Assembly (NCBI GenBank): GCA_963770895.1
Contig: CAVYRF010000001.1
Location: 960,001 to 1,024,000, forward strand
From: an uncultured Acidobacteriota bacterium
GTDB lineage: Bacteria; Acidobacteriota; Thermoanaerobaculia; Multivoradales; UBA5704
Length of the DNA: 64,000 nucleotides
Direction of reading: 5' to 3'
Every line of letters starts with the position of its first letter. Position 1 is the first letter of the stretch. A program made the position numbers and the translations under genes. Under the pieces are notes generated by a model. The model was not told the origin of the DNA. It ran no database searches and saw only the letters and a list, made by a program, of their open reading frames with translations. This document shows, in pieces, positions 1 to 12,700 of this stretch.

Positions 1-2
1 CT

Positions 3-701
3 GCGGCTCCGGCGACCCCGCCGATCACCGGCCGCACGCGCGTCGTCTCCATCAATTGGGACGCCTGGCAGGGCGCCGGCATGGCGTCGGCGGCCGACCT
101 GCCCGCGGAGCTGCAAGCCTGGCGCGCCGCGCAGCTCGCCGAGGCGATCGAGCCGGCGGAAGGGCGCGCGGCGCTGGCGCGCATCCTGGCGGCGGACCTG
201 GTACGGGTGGCGGTCGCGACCGACGACCTGGACGAGCGCCTGCGCGCCGCCGCAAGCCTGCGCCTGAGCGCTGCCCTGGCGCTCGCCGCCGCCGCCGCGC
301 CGCCGCACCGCAACCCGCACCCGCGGCCGGCGGTGGCACCGGCCTACGTGCCGCCGGAGACGCCGGACGAAGAGCTCCTCGCCGGCCTCTGGCAGGAGCT
401 TCTGGGCATCGCGCCGATCGGCCGCGACGACGGCTTCTTCGAGCTGGGCGGCCACTCGCTGCTCGCCGGCCAGCTCGCCGCCCGCATCCGCCAGCAGGTC
501 GGCATCGACCTCCCCTTGCAGGCGGTCTTCGCCCATCCCACGCCGGCGCGGCTCGCCGTGGCGATGCGCGATGGCAGCGATGGTGGCGACCGTGGCGACG
601 GTGGCGAAGACCACCAAGGCGGGGCGGTCGGCGCCGCGCCGGTGCTGGCGCCGCGGCCCCGTATCGGACGCCGCGTGCCGTTCCCCGGGGCGTTCGAATG
701 A
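3..701 (+). CDS. Type I PKS, 3' end (KR C-terminus + ACP), truncated by the window start
   Basis: Open frame from nt 3 reads ...VVSINWDAWQGAGMA (KR C-terminus), then HPRP linker and [11 protein letters not shown] (phosphopantetheine site). Its stop overlaps the next ATG (ATGA, 698-701). Confidence 0.85.
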   Translation, partial: AAPATPPITGRTRVVSINWDAWQGAGMASAADLPAELQAWRAAQLAEAIEPAEGRAALARILAADLVRVAVATDDLDERLRAAASLRLSAALALAAAAAPPHRNPHPRPAVAPAYVPPETPDEELLAGLWQELLGIAPIGRDDGFFELGGHSLLAGQLAARIRQQVGIDLPLQAVFAHPTPARLAVAMRDGSDGGDRGDGGEDHQGGAVGAAPVLAPRPRIGRRVPFPGAFE

Positions 702-3700
702 CGGCTTCCGAAGTTGCGGCACCGCCGGCAGCCGGCGCCGCCACCGCGGCGGCGGGCGAAGAGGCGTTCGTCTTCCCGCTCTCCCTGGCGCAGGAGCGGC
801 TGTGGTTCGTCGACCAGATGAGCCCGGGCCTGGCGGCGTACAACATCCCGCTGGCGGTGCGGCTGTGCGGCCGCCTCGACCGCGCGGCGCTCGCGGCGGC
901 GCTCGCCGGCGTGGTGCGGCGGCACGAAACGCTGCGCACGCGGTTCGGCGTCGACGACGGCCAGCCGGTGCAGGTGATCGCGCCGGAGACCGCCGCGCCG
1001 CCCGCCGCCGCCGCCGGCGCCGCCGTCCTGCCCGAGGTCGATCTGCGCGCTCTCGGTGCGGCCAAGGCGGCGGCGGAGGCCGCGCGGCTGGCGGCGGCGG
1101 CGGCGGCGGCGCCGTTCGACCTGCCTCGCGGGCCGGTATGGCGCGCGCGGCTGCTGCGCACGGCGGCGGCGGAGCACGTGCTGCTCCTGGTGCTGCACCA
1201 CATCGCCGGCGACCGCTGGTCGCTCGGCGTGCTGCTGGCCGAGGTCGCGGCGCTGTACGTCGGGCGGCCGCTGCCGCCTCTGCCGCTGCAGTACGCCGAC
1301 TTCGCGGTGTGGCAGCGCGAGGCGCTTGCCGGCGGCGAGCTCGGGCGCCAGCTGGCGCACTGGCGCGAGCGGCTGGCCGGCGCCGCGCCGCTCGTGCTGC
1401 CGGCCGATTGGCGGCGGCCGGCGCGGGCGCGGCATCGCGGCGCGGTGGTGCGGGGCGACCTGCCGCCGGCGCTCGCCGACGCCCTGCGGCAGCGCGGCCG
1501 CGAGGCGGGGGCGACGCTCTTCATGACGCTCCTCGCCGGGTTCGTGGTGGTGCTGGCGCAACACGCCGGCGAGGACGACCTGGTCGTCGGCACCGCGGTC
1601 GCCGGCCGCGCGCGGCGTGAGCTCGAAGGACTGATCGGCTTTTTCGTCAACACCCTGCCGCTGCGTGTCGATCTGGCGGGCGAGCCCACCTTTGGTGAGC
1701 TGGTGGCGCGGGTGCGCGCCGTGGCGCTGGACGCCTTTGCCCATCAGGACGTGCCGTTCGACCGCCTGGTCGAGGAGATGCGGCCGTCCGGCGGCCTGGG
1801 GGGCGGCGGCGCCGCGCCGCCGCTGGTGCAGGTGACCTTCCTGCTGCAGAACACGCCGCTGCCCGAGCTGCGGCTGCCGGGCGTCGAGCTGGCCGAAATG
1901 TCTCTCCCCTCGCGCTTCGCCAAGTTCGACCTCGCGGTGAGCGCGGTCGAGGAGGCGGGCGGCGGCGTGAGCGTGCACTGGGAGCTCGACGCCGACCTTT
2001 TCCTGCCGGCCGGCGTCGAGCGCCTGGCACGCCAGTTTCGCACCCTCCTGGCCGCCGCGGTGGCAGCGCCCCACCTCGCGGTGTGGGACCTGCCGCTCGC
2101 CGACCAGGCCGAGACCGCGGCGCTCCTTGCCGCCTGGAACCGCGATCTGCGTCTGCCGGTGGGCGTGGCGCCACCGCTGAGCGCACCGAGCGCACCGAGC
2201 GCAGTGTCGGAGACGGAGGAGCTGGCGTCCTGGCTGTGCACGGCGGCGGCGACTGCCGCCGGGGTGGCGGCGGCGCGGGTGGCGCCGGACATGCCGTGGA
2301 GCCGGCTGGCCCTCGACTCGCTGGCGGCGGTCGAGCTGCGGCACGAGATCGCCGCGCACACCGGCGTCGAGGTGGAGCTGGCCGATCTCCTGGACGCGGC
2401 GAGCGCCGACCACCTCGCCGCGGCGATCCTGGCGCGCCAGCAGGAGGAGCGCTCCGGGGCGGCGCCGTCGACCGCGGCGATGGCGGGGGTGGCGGCGGTG
2501 GCAACCGCAGCGTGGCCGGAGCCTTCGCCGCCGGGTTCCGAACTGCCGCTGGCGGCCGGGCAGCGGGCGCTCTGGCTCATCCACCAGCTGGCGCCGGCTT
2601 CCGGCGCCTACCACATCGCCGCCGCTTTCCGCGTCCTGGCGCCGCTCGACGACGCGGCGCTGCGGCGCGCCGTGGCGACGATCGCCCGGCGCCACGCGGC
2701 ACTGCGCTCGACCTTCCACGCGCGCGGCGGCGAGCCCTACCAGACGATCCAGCCGGAGATGCCGCCGGAGTGGCGGGAGATCGACGCCACCGGGCTCGCC
2801 CTTGCAGGGCTCGGCGAACGGCTGGCCGACGAGGCGTGGCGACCGTTCGACCTGGCCCGCGGGCCGCTGGTGCGCCTGGTCTGGCTGCGCGGCGCGGCGG
2901 GCGGCGACCGGCTGCTCTTCGTCGTGCATCACCTGGTCGCCGACTTCACTTCCCTGGCGGTGGCGGCGGCCGAGCTCGGCGCGCTCTACGGCCTCGCCGC
3001 GCCCCCGCCGCCGCCGCCGCCGCCGCCGGCAGTGAGCTACGAGCAGTTCGTGCGCTGGCAGGCGGCGGCGCTCGCCGGCGAGCGCCTGGAGCGCCTGTGG
3101 GCCTTCTGGAGCGCCGCGCTCGCCGGCGCCCCCGCGGCGCTCGATCTGCCGGCCGACCGGCCGCGCCCGCCGGCGCCGAGCTACCGCGGCGGGGTCGAGC
3201 GGGCGCGCTTGCCAGGCGGCGCCGGGAGCCTCGCGTTGTTAGCGGGGGCAGGGGCGGGAGCGGGGGCGGGGGAGCGCGCGGCGACGCCTTTCGTGGCGCT
3301 CGCCGCGGCGTGGATGGGGCTCCTCCATCGCACCACCGGCGACGAAGACCTGCTCGTCGGCACGGCCACCGCCGGCCGTCCCGGGCCGCGCGCCGCGGCG
3401 GTCGTCGGCTACTTCGCCAACCCGGTCGTGCTGCGTGCCCGGCCGCGCGGCGACCAGCCGTTCTCCGCGCTGCTCGCCGAGCTGCGGGAGACGACGCTCG
3501 CCGCCTTCGCCCACCAGGATCTGCCGTTCCCGCTGCTCGCCGAGCGGCTGCATCCGGAACGCGACGCGGCGCGCTCACCGGTCTTCCAGGTGAGCCTGGC
3601 GCTCTACCGCGAGCCCGGCGGCGCGGCGGCCCCCGCGGCGCTCGCCGCCATCTCCGGTATCGCCGGCATCGCTGCCGGCGCTCCGGACGTGCCGCTCGAC

Positions 3701-6700
3701 CTCGGCGGCCTGCGGCTCGCGTCGCTGGCGCTCGACGAGCGCTGGGCGCCGTTCGACCTCAGTCTGCGCGCCGCCGAGGTGGCGGGCGACCTGGTGCTCG
3801 CGCTGCAGTTCAGCCGCGACCTTTTCGACGCCGTGACCGCGCGGCGCCTGCTCGATCACCTGGTGCGCCTGCTGGCGGCGGCGGCGGCGCGGCCGGCGAG
3901 CCGCCTCGCCGAGCTGCCGCTTCTCGCCGCCGCCGAGCGCTGGCAGCTTCTGGGCGAGTGGGCGGAAACCGCGACGGCGACAGCGCGCGCGGTCGGCCTC
4001 CCCCACCTGGTCGCCGAGCAGGCGGCGCGCACTCCCGACGCGGTGGCGGTCGTCGCGACGGCTGGCCGCCACCTGTCCTACGGCGAGCTCGACCGTCGCG
4101 CCGCCGGCCTGGCGCGGCGCCTGGCGGCGCACGGCGTCGGCTTGGACTCCCGCGTCGGGCTCCACGGCGAGCGCTCGCCGGAGCTGGTGATCGGCGCGCT
4201 CGGCATCCTGCGGACGGGTGCCGCCTTCGTGCCGCTCGATCCCGAGCTGCCGCCGGCGCGGCTGGCGTTCCAGTTGGGTGACGCGGTGGGCGCCGGCGGT
4301 GTGGTCCTGGCTGCGGACGCGCCGGCCGGTCCGCCCTGGGATGCGATGCGCGTGCTGCCGCTCGCGCTGCGCGCGGACGGCTCGGCGGGCGCTCCGGGTG
4401 CCGGGGAGGTGCCGCCGGATGGGCTGGCCTACGTGCTCTACACCTCGGGCTCGACCGGGACGCCCAAGGGGGTGATGAACAGCCACCGCGGCATCGTCAA
4501 CCGCCTGCTCTGGGGCAAGACGGTATTCCCGCTCACGGCGGCCGACCGTGTGGCGCAGAAGACGCCGGCCACCTTCGACGTCGCGGTGGTCGAGCTGTTT
4601 TCGCCGCTCGTCCAGGGAGCCTGCCTGGTCCAGGCGCGTGCCGGCGGCCATCGCGAGCCGGCGTACCTGGCGCGCTGGCTGGTCGAGCAGGCGATCACGG
4701 TGGCGCACTTCGTGCCGTCCTTGGTTCTGGAGCTGCTCGCCGAGCGCGCGCTGCCGCGGGCGGGCGCGCTCCGCCGGCTGTTGGTGGGCGGCGAGGCGAT
4801 GGCGCGCCAGCTCGCCCTGGGCGTCGAGCAGCGCTTGGCGGCGCGGCTCTACAACCTCTACGGTCCGGCCGAGGCGGCGGTCGACACCGTCACCTGGCCG
4901 TGCCGTGACCAGGCCGCGGCGCGGCCGGTGCCGCTCGGCTGGCCGGTCGCCAATACCCGCGCCTACGTGGTCGAGCACGGCGGCGAGCCGGCGCCGCTCG
5001 GCATCGCCGGCGAGCTGTGGCTCGGCGGCCCGCAGCTCGGGCGCGGCTACCTGGGGCGGCCGGCGCTGACGGCGGAGCGCTTCGTGCCCGACCCCTGGGC
5101 GGCGGCCGCCGGCACGGCGGGGGCGCGCGCCTACCGCACCGGCGACCGCGTGCGCCGGCGCTGGGACGGCGCGCTCGAATTCCTCGGCCGGCTCGACTTC
5201 CAGGTCAAGGTGCGCGGCGTCCGTATCGAGCTGGGCGAGATCGAGGCGGCGCTCGTGGCGCAGCCGGAGATCGCCGCGGCGGCGGTGCGGCTCGCGGGCG
5301 AAGCGGCGACGGCACGGCTGGTGGCGTTCGTCGTCGCGGCGCGCGGCGCGAGCGTGCCGGCAGCCGCCGAGCTGCGCCGGCGCCTGCGCCAGACGCTGCC
5401 CGACGCGATGCTGCCGGCGCGCTGCGTGACGCTCGCGGCGCTGCCGCTGACGCCGCACGGCAAGCGCGATCACGCCGCCCTGGCGCTCCTCGCGGCGGCG
5501 CCGGCGCGGCCGGCAGGCGATGCCGGCGATGTCTTCGAAGGTGGGGAGGGCGGCGCCGCCTGGGAGGCGCCGCGCGGCGCGGTCGAGGAGCTGCTGGCGG
5601 CGCTCTACGCCGAGCTCCTGCCCGACCTGGCGCCGGGGGAGATCGGCCGCGACGCCAACTTCTTCGCGCTGGGCGGCCATTCGCTCCTCGCCGCGCGGCT
5701 CGCGGCGCGCGCCGGCCAGGCCCTGGGGTGCGAGCTGCCGCTGGCGGCGGTGTGGAGCGCCGCGACGCTTGCCGACCTCGCCAGGGCGGCGGCGGCGCTG
5801 CGCGCCGCGGGCGTGGCGGAGCTCGCGCCGCTCGTGCCGGTGCCGCGCGAGGGCGAGCTGCCGCTGTCGTTCGCCCAGGAACGGCTGTGGTTCATCGACC
5901 GCCTGGAGCCGGCAACGGCGCACTACAACCTGGCGGCGGCGCTCGCCGTCCACGGCGCGCTCGACCGCCGCGCGCTCGCCCGGGCGGTGGCGGCGCTCGC
6001 CGTGCGCCACGAGGTGCTGCGCGCGCGCTTTCCGGCGCCGCTCGGCCGGCCGGTGCAGGCGATCGCCGCCACGCCTGCCGCCGCGCCGCTGCCGCTCGTC
6101 GACCTGGCGGCGCTGCCGCCTGCCGCGCGCGCCGCGGAGCTCGATCGCCGCATGCGCGACGAGGCGCGGCGCCCGTTCGACCTCGCGCGCGGGCCGCTGT
6201 TGCGCTGCCTGCTGCTCCACGCCGCGCCCGGCGAGCACCGGCTGCTGGTGACCCTCCACCACATCGTCGCCGACGGTTGGTCGGTCGGCATCCTGGAGCG
6301 CGAGCTGGGGGATCTCTACGCCGCCGGCGCCGGCAGTCGGACGCCGCCGCTGCCGGTGCTGCCCTTGCAGTACGCCGATTTCGCCGTCTGGCAGCGGCGC
6401 AGCCTGACCGACGCGGTTGCGGCCGGCGAGGCGGCGTGGTGGCGCGAGCGCCTGGCGGCGGCGCCGGCCGACCTGGCGCTGCCTTTCGATCGGCCGCGGC
6501 CGGCGGTGCCGCGCCGATACGGCGCCTCGGTGCCGGTCGCGCTGCCGCCGGCGGTGGCGGCAACCGTTGGCGAATGGGCGCGGCGGCAGCGCCTGACGCC
6601 GTTCATGGCGCTCCTCGCGGCGCTCCAGGCGCTGCTCGCGCGCTACAGCGGGCAGCCGGCGATCGCCGTCGGCGCGCCGGTCGCCGGCCGGCAGCGGGCG

Positions 6701-9700
6701 GAGCTCGAGCCCCTGGTCGGCTGTTTCGTCAACACCCTGGTGCTGGTCGGCGAGGTGGATGACGACCCGCCGTTTGCCGATCTGCTGACCCGCACGCGGC
6801 AGGCGGTGCTGGCAGCGCTGGCACATCAGGAGCTGCCCTTCGAGCGCCTGGTCGAGCTCCTGGCGCCGGAGCGGCGCGTGGGACGTCAGCCGTTCTTTCA
6901 GGTTCTCCTCGCGGTCGAGGACGCACGCCCCGCGGGTCTCACGCTCGCCGGGCTGCGCGTCGCGCGGCTGCCGCCGGCGCACGTGACGGCCAAGGCCGAC
7001 CTGGCGCTGACCGTTGCCGGCGACACGGCGGGCTTCCGCGGCGCGCTCGACTACGACCGCGAGCTCTTCGACCCGCCGACCGCGGCGCGCCTGGCGGCGC
7101 ACTGGACGACGCTGATCGCGGCCGCGGCGGCGCACCCCGGGCGCCGCCTGAGCGAGCTGCCGCTGCTGTCGCCGGGCGAGCGTGCGCAGGTGGTGGGCGA
7201 GTGGAACGACACCGCGCCGGCAGCGGCCGACGCCGCCCATGCCGCCAACGCCGCCAACCCTGCCGACAGCGCGGCCTGGCTGCCGGTGCCGGCGCAGGTC
7301 GCGGCGCGGGCGCGGCGCGCCCCCGACGCCGCGGCGCTCGTCCAGGCGGGGCGGGTGGTGAGCTACGGCGCCCTCTACGCCGCGGCGTCGTCGCTCGCGG
7401 CGCGGCTGCGGGCGTGCGGCGTCGGCCCCGAGACCACGGTCGCGCTCTGCGCCGAGCGCTCCGCCGAGCTCGCGGTCGGCCTCCTCGCCGTGCTCCTGGC
7501 CGGCGGCGCCTTCGTGCCGCTCGACCCGGCGCAGCCCGCGGCGCGCCTGGGGCGCCTGCTGAGCGACGCCCGCCCGCGCGCCGTCCTCACCCGGCGCGGC
7601 CTGCGTGATCGGCTGCCACCGGCCTGCGACGCGCCGGTGATCGAGCTGGACGCGGTGCTGGCGCCGCAAGACGTCGCGCGGCCGGACGCGCCGCCGGCGC
7701 CGCTGGCGCCAGCAGACGCCGAGCCCGCCGCCACACCTGCCGCCGCCCCTCCGGCCGCGCCAGGGCAGCTCGCCTACGTGATCTATACCTCGGGCTCGAC
7801 CGGCCAGCCGAAGGGGGTCGAGGTCTCGCACGCGGCGTTCGCCAACCTGGTCGCCTGGCACCGGCGCGCCTGGGCGCTCGCCGCGGGGACGCAGGCGAGC
7901 TGGCTTTCGGGGGTCGGCTTCGATGCCTCGGTCTGGGAGCTGTGGCCGGCCCTGGCGGCGGGCGGCACGCTCCACCTGCCGGACGACGCCACGCGGCTCG
8001 CGCCCGAGGCGCTGCGCGACTGGCTGGTGGCGCGGCAGGTCGGCATCGCCTTCGCACCGACGGCCCTGGCGGCGGCCCTGGTCGAGTCGCCCTGGCCGCG
8101 CGCGACGGCTCTCGCGGTGCTGTTGACCGGCGGCGACCGGCTGGCGGCGCGGCCGCCGGCCGGCCTGCCCTTCGCGCTGATCAACAACTACGGTCCGACC
8201 GAGGGCACCGTGGTGGCAACCGCGGGGCGCGTGCCGCCGCGCACCGTGGCGGCCCCGGCGCCACCGACGATCGGCCGCCCCATCCGCGGCGTCGCGGTGC
8301 GGCTGCTCGACCCGGCGCTGCGGCCGGTGCCGATCGGCGTGGCGGGCGAACTCTGCATCGCCGGGCTGGGGCTGGCGCGCGGCTACCGCGGGCGGCCGGA
8401 GCTGACCGCCGGGCGCTTCGTGCCCGACCCGCTGGGCAGCGCCGGTGCACGCCTCTATCGCAGCGGCGACCTCGGACGCTGGCTGGCGGCGGGCGAGATC
8501 GAGTTTCTCGGCCGGCGCGACCAACAGATCAAGCTGCGCGGCCACCGTATCGAGCCGGCGGAGATCGAGGCGGTGCTGACCGCCCACCCGGCGGTACGCC
8601 AGGCGGTGGTTCTGGCGGTGGGCGAGGGCGGCGCGCGCCGCCTGGTGGCGAGCGTCGAAGGCGTCCAGGGCGCGGTGAGCGCCGCCGATCTGCGCGCCCA
8701 CCTGCGGGCGGCGCTGCCCGAGGCGATGGTGCCGGCGCGCCTGGTGTTCGTCGAGCGGCTGCCGCTGACGGTGAACGGCAAGCTCGACCGGCGAGCCGTG
8801 GCGGTGGAGCACGCCGCGGCACTGGCGGTGACCGGTGGCGGCGGTGGCGGCGCGGATCAGGCCGCGGCGGCCGGCGCGGACGGCACGGGTGGCGCGCCGC
8901 GCGGCCCGGTCGAGGAGCTGCTGGCCGGGGTGTGGGCCGATCTGCTCGGCATCGAGGCCGCCGCCATCGGCCGCCAGGCCGACTTCTTCGCCTTGGGTGG
9001 GCACTCGCTGCTCGCCACCCGGCTGGCGGCTCTGGTCGAGCGGGCGATCGGGGTCGAGATGCCGCTTGCGGCGGTGTTCGCGGCGCCCACCCTGGCGGGC
9101 TTGGCGGCGCGGATCGCCGCGGCGCACGATGCCACGCTGCCGCCGCTGCCGCCGCTGCCGGCGCTGCCGCCGCTCATCGCCGCCGGGCGCGGCGGTCCGA
9201 GGGAGGAGGGCGGCGAGCTGGCCGCCGCCTTCGCCCAGGAGCGCATGTGGTTGCTCGACCGGTTGGCGCCGGCGAGCGGCGCCTACCACATTGCGACCGC
9301 GCTCGCCGCCGCGGGCGCACTGGACGTCGCGGCGCTGCGCAGCGCCCTGGACGCCTTCGCCGGCCGCCACGAAACCCTGCGCACCACCTTCGCCGAGCGC
9401 GACGGCCGCCTGTTGCAGGTGATCGCGCCGCCATCGGCCCAGGCGCTGCCGGTGATCGACCTGACGGCGGCGACGGCCGGCGCCGCCGCGGAGCTGCACC
9501 GCCTGGTGCGGGCGGAGGCGGCGCGGCCGTTCGATCTGGCGCGCGGGCCGCTCCTGCGGGTGACCCTGGTGCGGCGCGGGACGCGGGACCAGGTGCTCCT
9601 GGTGACGCTCCACCACATCATCGCCGACGCCGCCTCGGTGGCGGTGATGCTGCGCGAGCTCGGCGTCCTCTACGACGCAGCGCAGGCGCGCGGCGCGGAT

Positions 9701-12700
9701 CATGGCGGCGTGGTGCCGGTGCTCGCGCCGCTGCCCATCCAGTACGCCGACTACGCCCTCTGGCAGCGCGGCTGGCTGCGCGGCGAGCTGCTGGCCGGCG
9801 AGGTGGCGTGGTGGCGCGAACGGCTTGCCGGCCTGCCGCCCGAGCTGCCGCTCCCCTGGGACCGCCCGCGGCCGGCCGTGCCGCGACGGGCGGCGCACCT
9901 GGCGCGGCGGCCGCTGGCCGCGGCGGCGGCGCTCGCGGCGCTGGCGCGGGCGCACGGGGCGACGCTCTTCATGACGCTCCTCGCGGCGTTCCAGGTGCTG
10001 CTGGCGCGCCTGGGCGGCGGCGACGACGTGCCGGTCGGGACACCGGTCGCCAACCGCACGCGGCCCGAGGTCGAGGGGCTGGTCGGCCTCTTCGTCAACA
10101 CGCTCGTGCTGCGCGGCGATCTCGCCGCGGCGCCGGCCTTCGATGCCTTCCTGGCGCGGACCCGCGACGCGGCCCTGGCCGCCTACGCCCACCAGGAGGT
10201 GCCGATCGAGAAGCTGGTCGAGGCGCTGGCGCCGGTGCGCGACGCCGGCCGCCAGCCGCTGTTCCAGGTCCTGTTCACCCTGGAGGAGGCGCCGCTCGCC
10301 GGGCTGCGGCTGGGCGGCGTCGCGCTGGCGCCGCTCGCCGCCGCCCCCGCACCGGCGAAGTTCGACCTGACGCTTGCGGTGACGCGCCAGGGCGGCGAGC
10401 TGACGGCGACGCTGGAGCTCGACGGCGACCGCTTCGACGCGGCGACCGGCGAGCTCCTGGCCGACTGCTTCGCGACCCTGGTTGCAGGCATCGCGGGCAT
10501 CGCCGGCATCGCCGCGGCGCCGGCCCCCGGTGTCGACGCGCTGCCGCTTCTCGACACGGCGGCGCGGCGCGCGGTGCTGGCGGCGGCGGAGGGGGAGCGG
10601 GTGAGGCGCCCGGCGCGCGGCCTGCACGAGCTGTTCGAAGCGCAGGCCGCGCGCACGCCGGACGCGGTGGCGCTGGTCGACGCGGACCGCCACCTCACCT
10701 ACCAGGCGCTCGACGAATGGGGGAACTTGCTGGCCCACCGCCTGGCGCGGGTGGGCGTCGGCGCCGACGCCCGCGTCGGCATCTGCGCCGAACGCTCCGC
10801 GGCGATGAGCGCCGCGCTCCTCGCGGTGCTCAAGGCGGGCGGGGCGTTCGTGCCGCTCGATCCGGATCATCCGCCGGAACGGCTGGCGGGCGAGATCGCC
10901 GAAAGCGAGGCGCGGGTGGTGCTGGTCACGGCAGCCGTCGCGGCGCGCCTGCCGCGGCTCCCTGCCGGCACGGTGGTGCTGCGCATTGCGGCGCCGCCGC
11001 CGTCGCCGGCAAGCGAGCGGGCGGCGCTGCCGCGGCGGGCGGCGCTGCCCGCGGCGCTGGCCTACGTGATCTTCACCTCCGGCTCGACCGGCAGGCCCAA
11101 GGGCGTCATGGTGTCGCACGGGGCGATCCTCAATCACGAGCTGTTCGTCGCCGAGCGCTACCCGCTGAATGCCGGCGACACCGCGCTGCAGATCACGCCG
11201 TTCTCGTTCGACGCCGCGCTCTGGGAGCTCTTCACCCCGCTCGCCGCCGGCGCGCGCCTGGTGGTGGCGCGGCCGGGCGGCCATCGCGATCCGTCCTACA
11301 TCACGCGGCTCGCCGCGGCCGAGGGGGCGACGGTGCTGCAACTGGTGCCGTCGATGGCGGCGCCGCTGCTCGACGATCCGGGCATCGCCGCCTGCCGCGC
11401 CCTGCGCCTGGTGGCGTGCGGCGGCGAGCCGCTGCCCGGCGAGCTGGCCGACCGGCTGATGGCGCGCCTGGGCGTCGCGCTGGTCAACTTCTACGGTCCG
11501 ACCGAATGCGCCATCGATGCCACGAGCTGGCCCTGCCGGCCGGGCGAGGGGCGGCGGCGCGTGGTGCCGATCGGCTTGGCGCTGCCCAACGTCCGGGCGC
11601 ACGTCCTGGACGACGGGCTGGCGCCCTTGCCGGTGGGGGCGCCCGGCGAGCTCTGCGTCGGCGGCGCCTGCCTGGCGCGCGGCTACGTCGGGCGGCCGGA
11701 GCTGACCGCCGAGCGCTTCGTGCCCGACCCGTGGAGTGCCCGGCCCGGCGAGCGGCTTTACCGCACCGGCGACCGGGTACGGCGGCTGCGCGGCGGCGAG
11801 ATCGAATACCTCGGGCGGCGCGACGCGCAGGTCAAGGTGCGCGGCGCCCGCGTCGAGTTGGGCGAGATCGAGGCGGTGCTGCTCGCCATGCCGGGGGTCA
11901 GCGAGGCGGCGGTGGTGATGGCCGGCGACCAGGACGCGCGGCGGCTCGTCGCCTGTGTGGTGCCCGCCGCCGGCGCGGCGGGCGATGATGGCGGTGGTGG
12001 CGGCGGCGGCAGGCCGGGGGAGCTCGCGGCGGCGCTGCGCCGCCACTGCCGGGAGCAGCTCCCCGAGTACATGCTGCCGCAGGCGTTCGTAGTGTTGGCG
12101 CGGCTGCCGCGTCTGCCGAGCGGCAAGCTCGACCGGCGGGCGGCGGCCGCCGCGGCGGCGGGTGCTGTCGCCGACGAGAGCGCGGCGTCGGCGGACGGCG
12201 CACCGCACACGCCCTACGAGGAGATCGTCGCCGGGCTCTGGGCGGAGGTGCTGGGGCGGCAGCGGGTCGGCGTTGAGGCCGACTTCTTCGCCGACCTCGG
12301 CGGTCATTCCCTGCTTGCCGCGCAGGTGGTGTCGCGAATGCGCGAGCGTCTGGGTGTCGAGGTGCCGCTGCGTGCGCTGTTCGACGCGCCGACCGTACGC
12401 GGTCTGGCGGCGGTCGCCCTCCGCACCTCGGAGATGGCGGCGACGGCGGCGATTGCCGTTCCGCTGCTCGCGCGGCGGGCCGGAGAGGAGCCGGCGGCGC
12501 TCTCTTTCGCCCAGGAGCGGATCTGGTTCCTCACCCAGCTGACGCCCGGGCTCACCGCTTACAACATGCCGCTGGCGCTCACCCTCCACGGTGATCTGGC
12601 GGTGCCGGCGCTGGCGCGGGCGCTCGCCGCGCTCACCGCGCGGCATGAGGTGCTGCGCACGCGCTACGCGGCGCTGGGCGGCCCGCCGGTGCAGGTGGTG

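Noticed and set aside
56-697. N-terminal extension of the NRPS ORF from nt 56
   Set aside because: It overlaps the real PKS frame (3-701) and is Arg/Gly-rich shadow sequence. ATGA coupling supports a start at 698.
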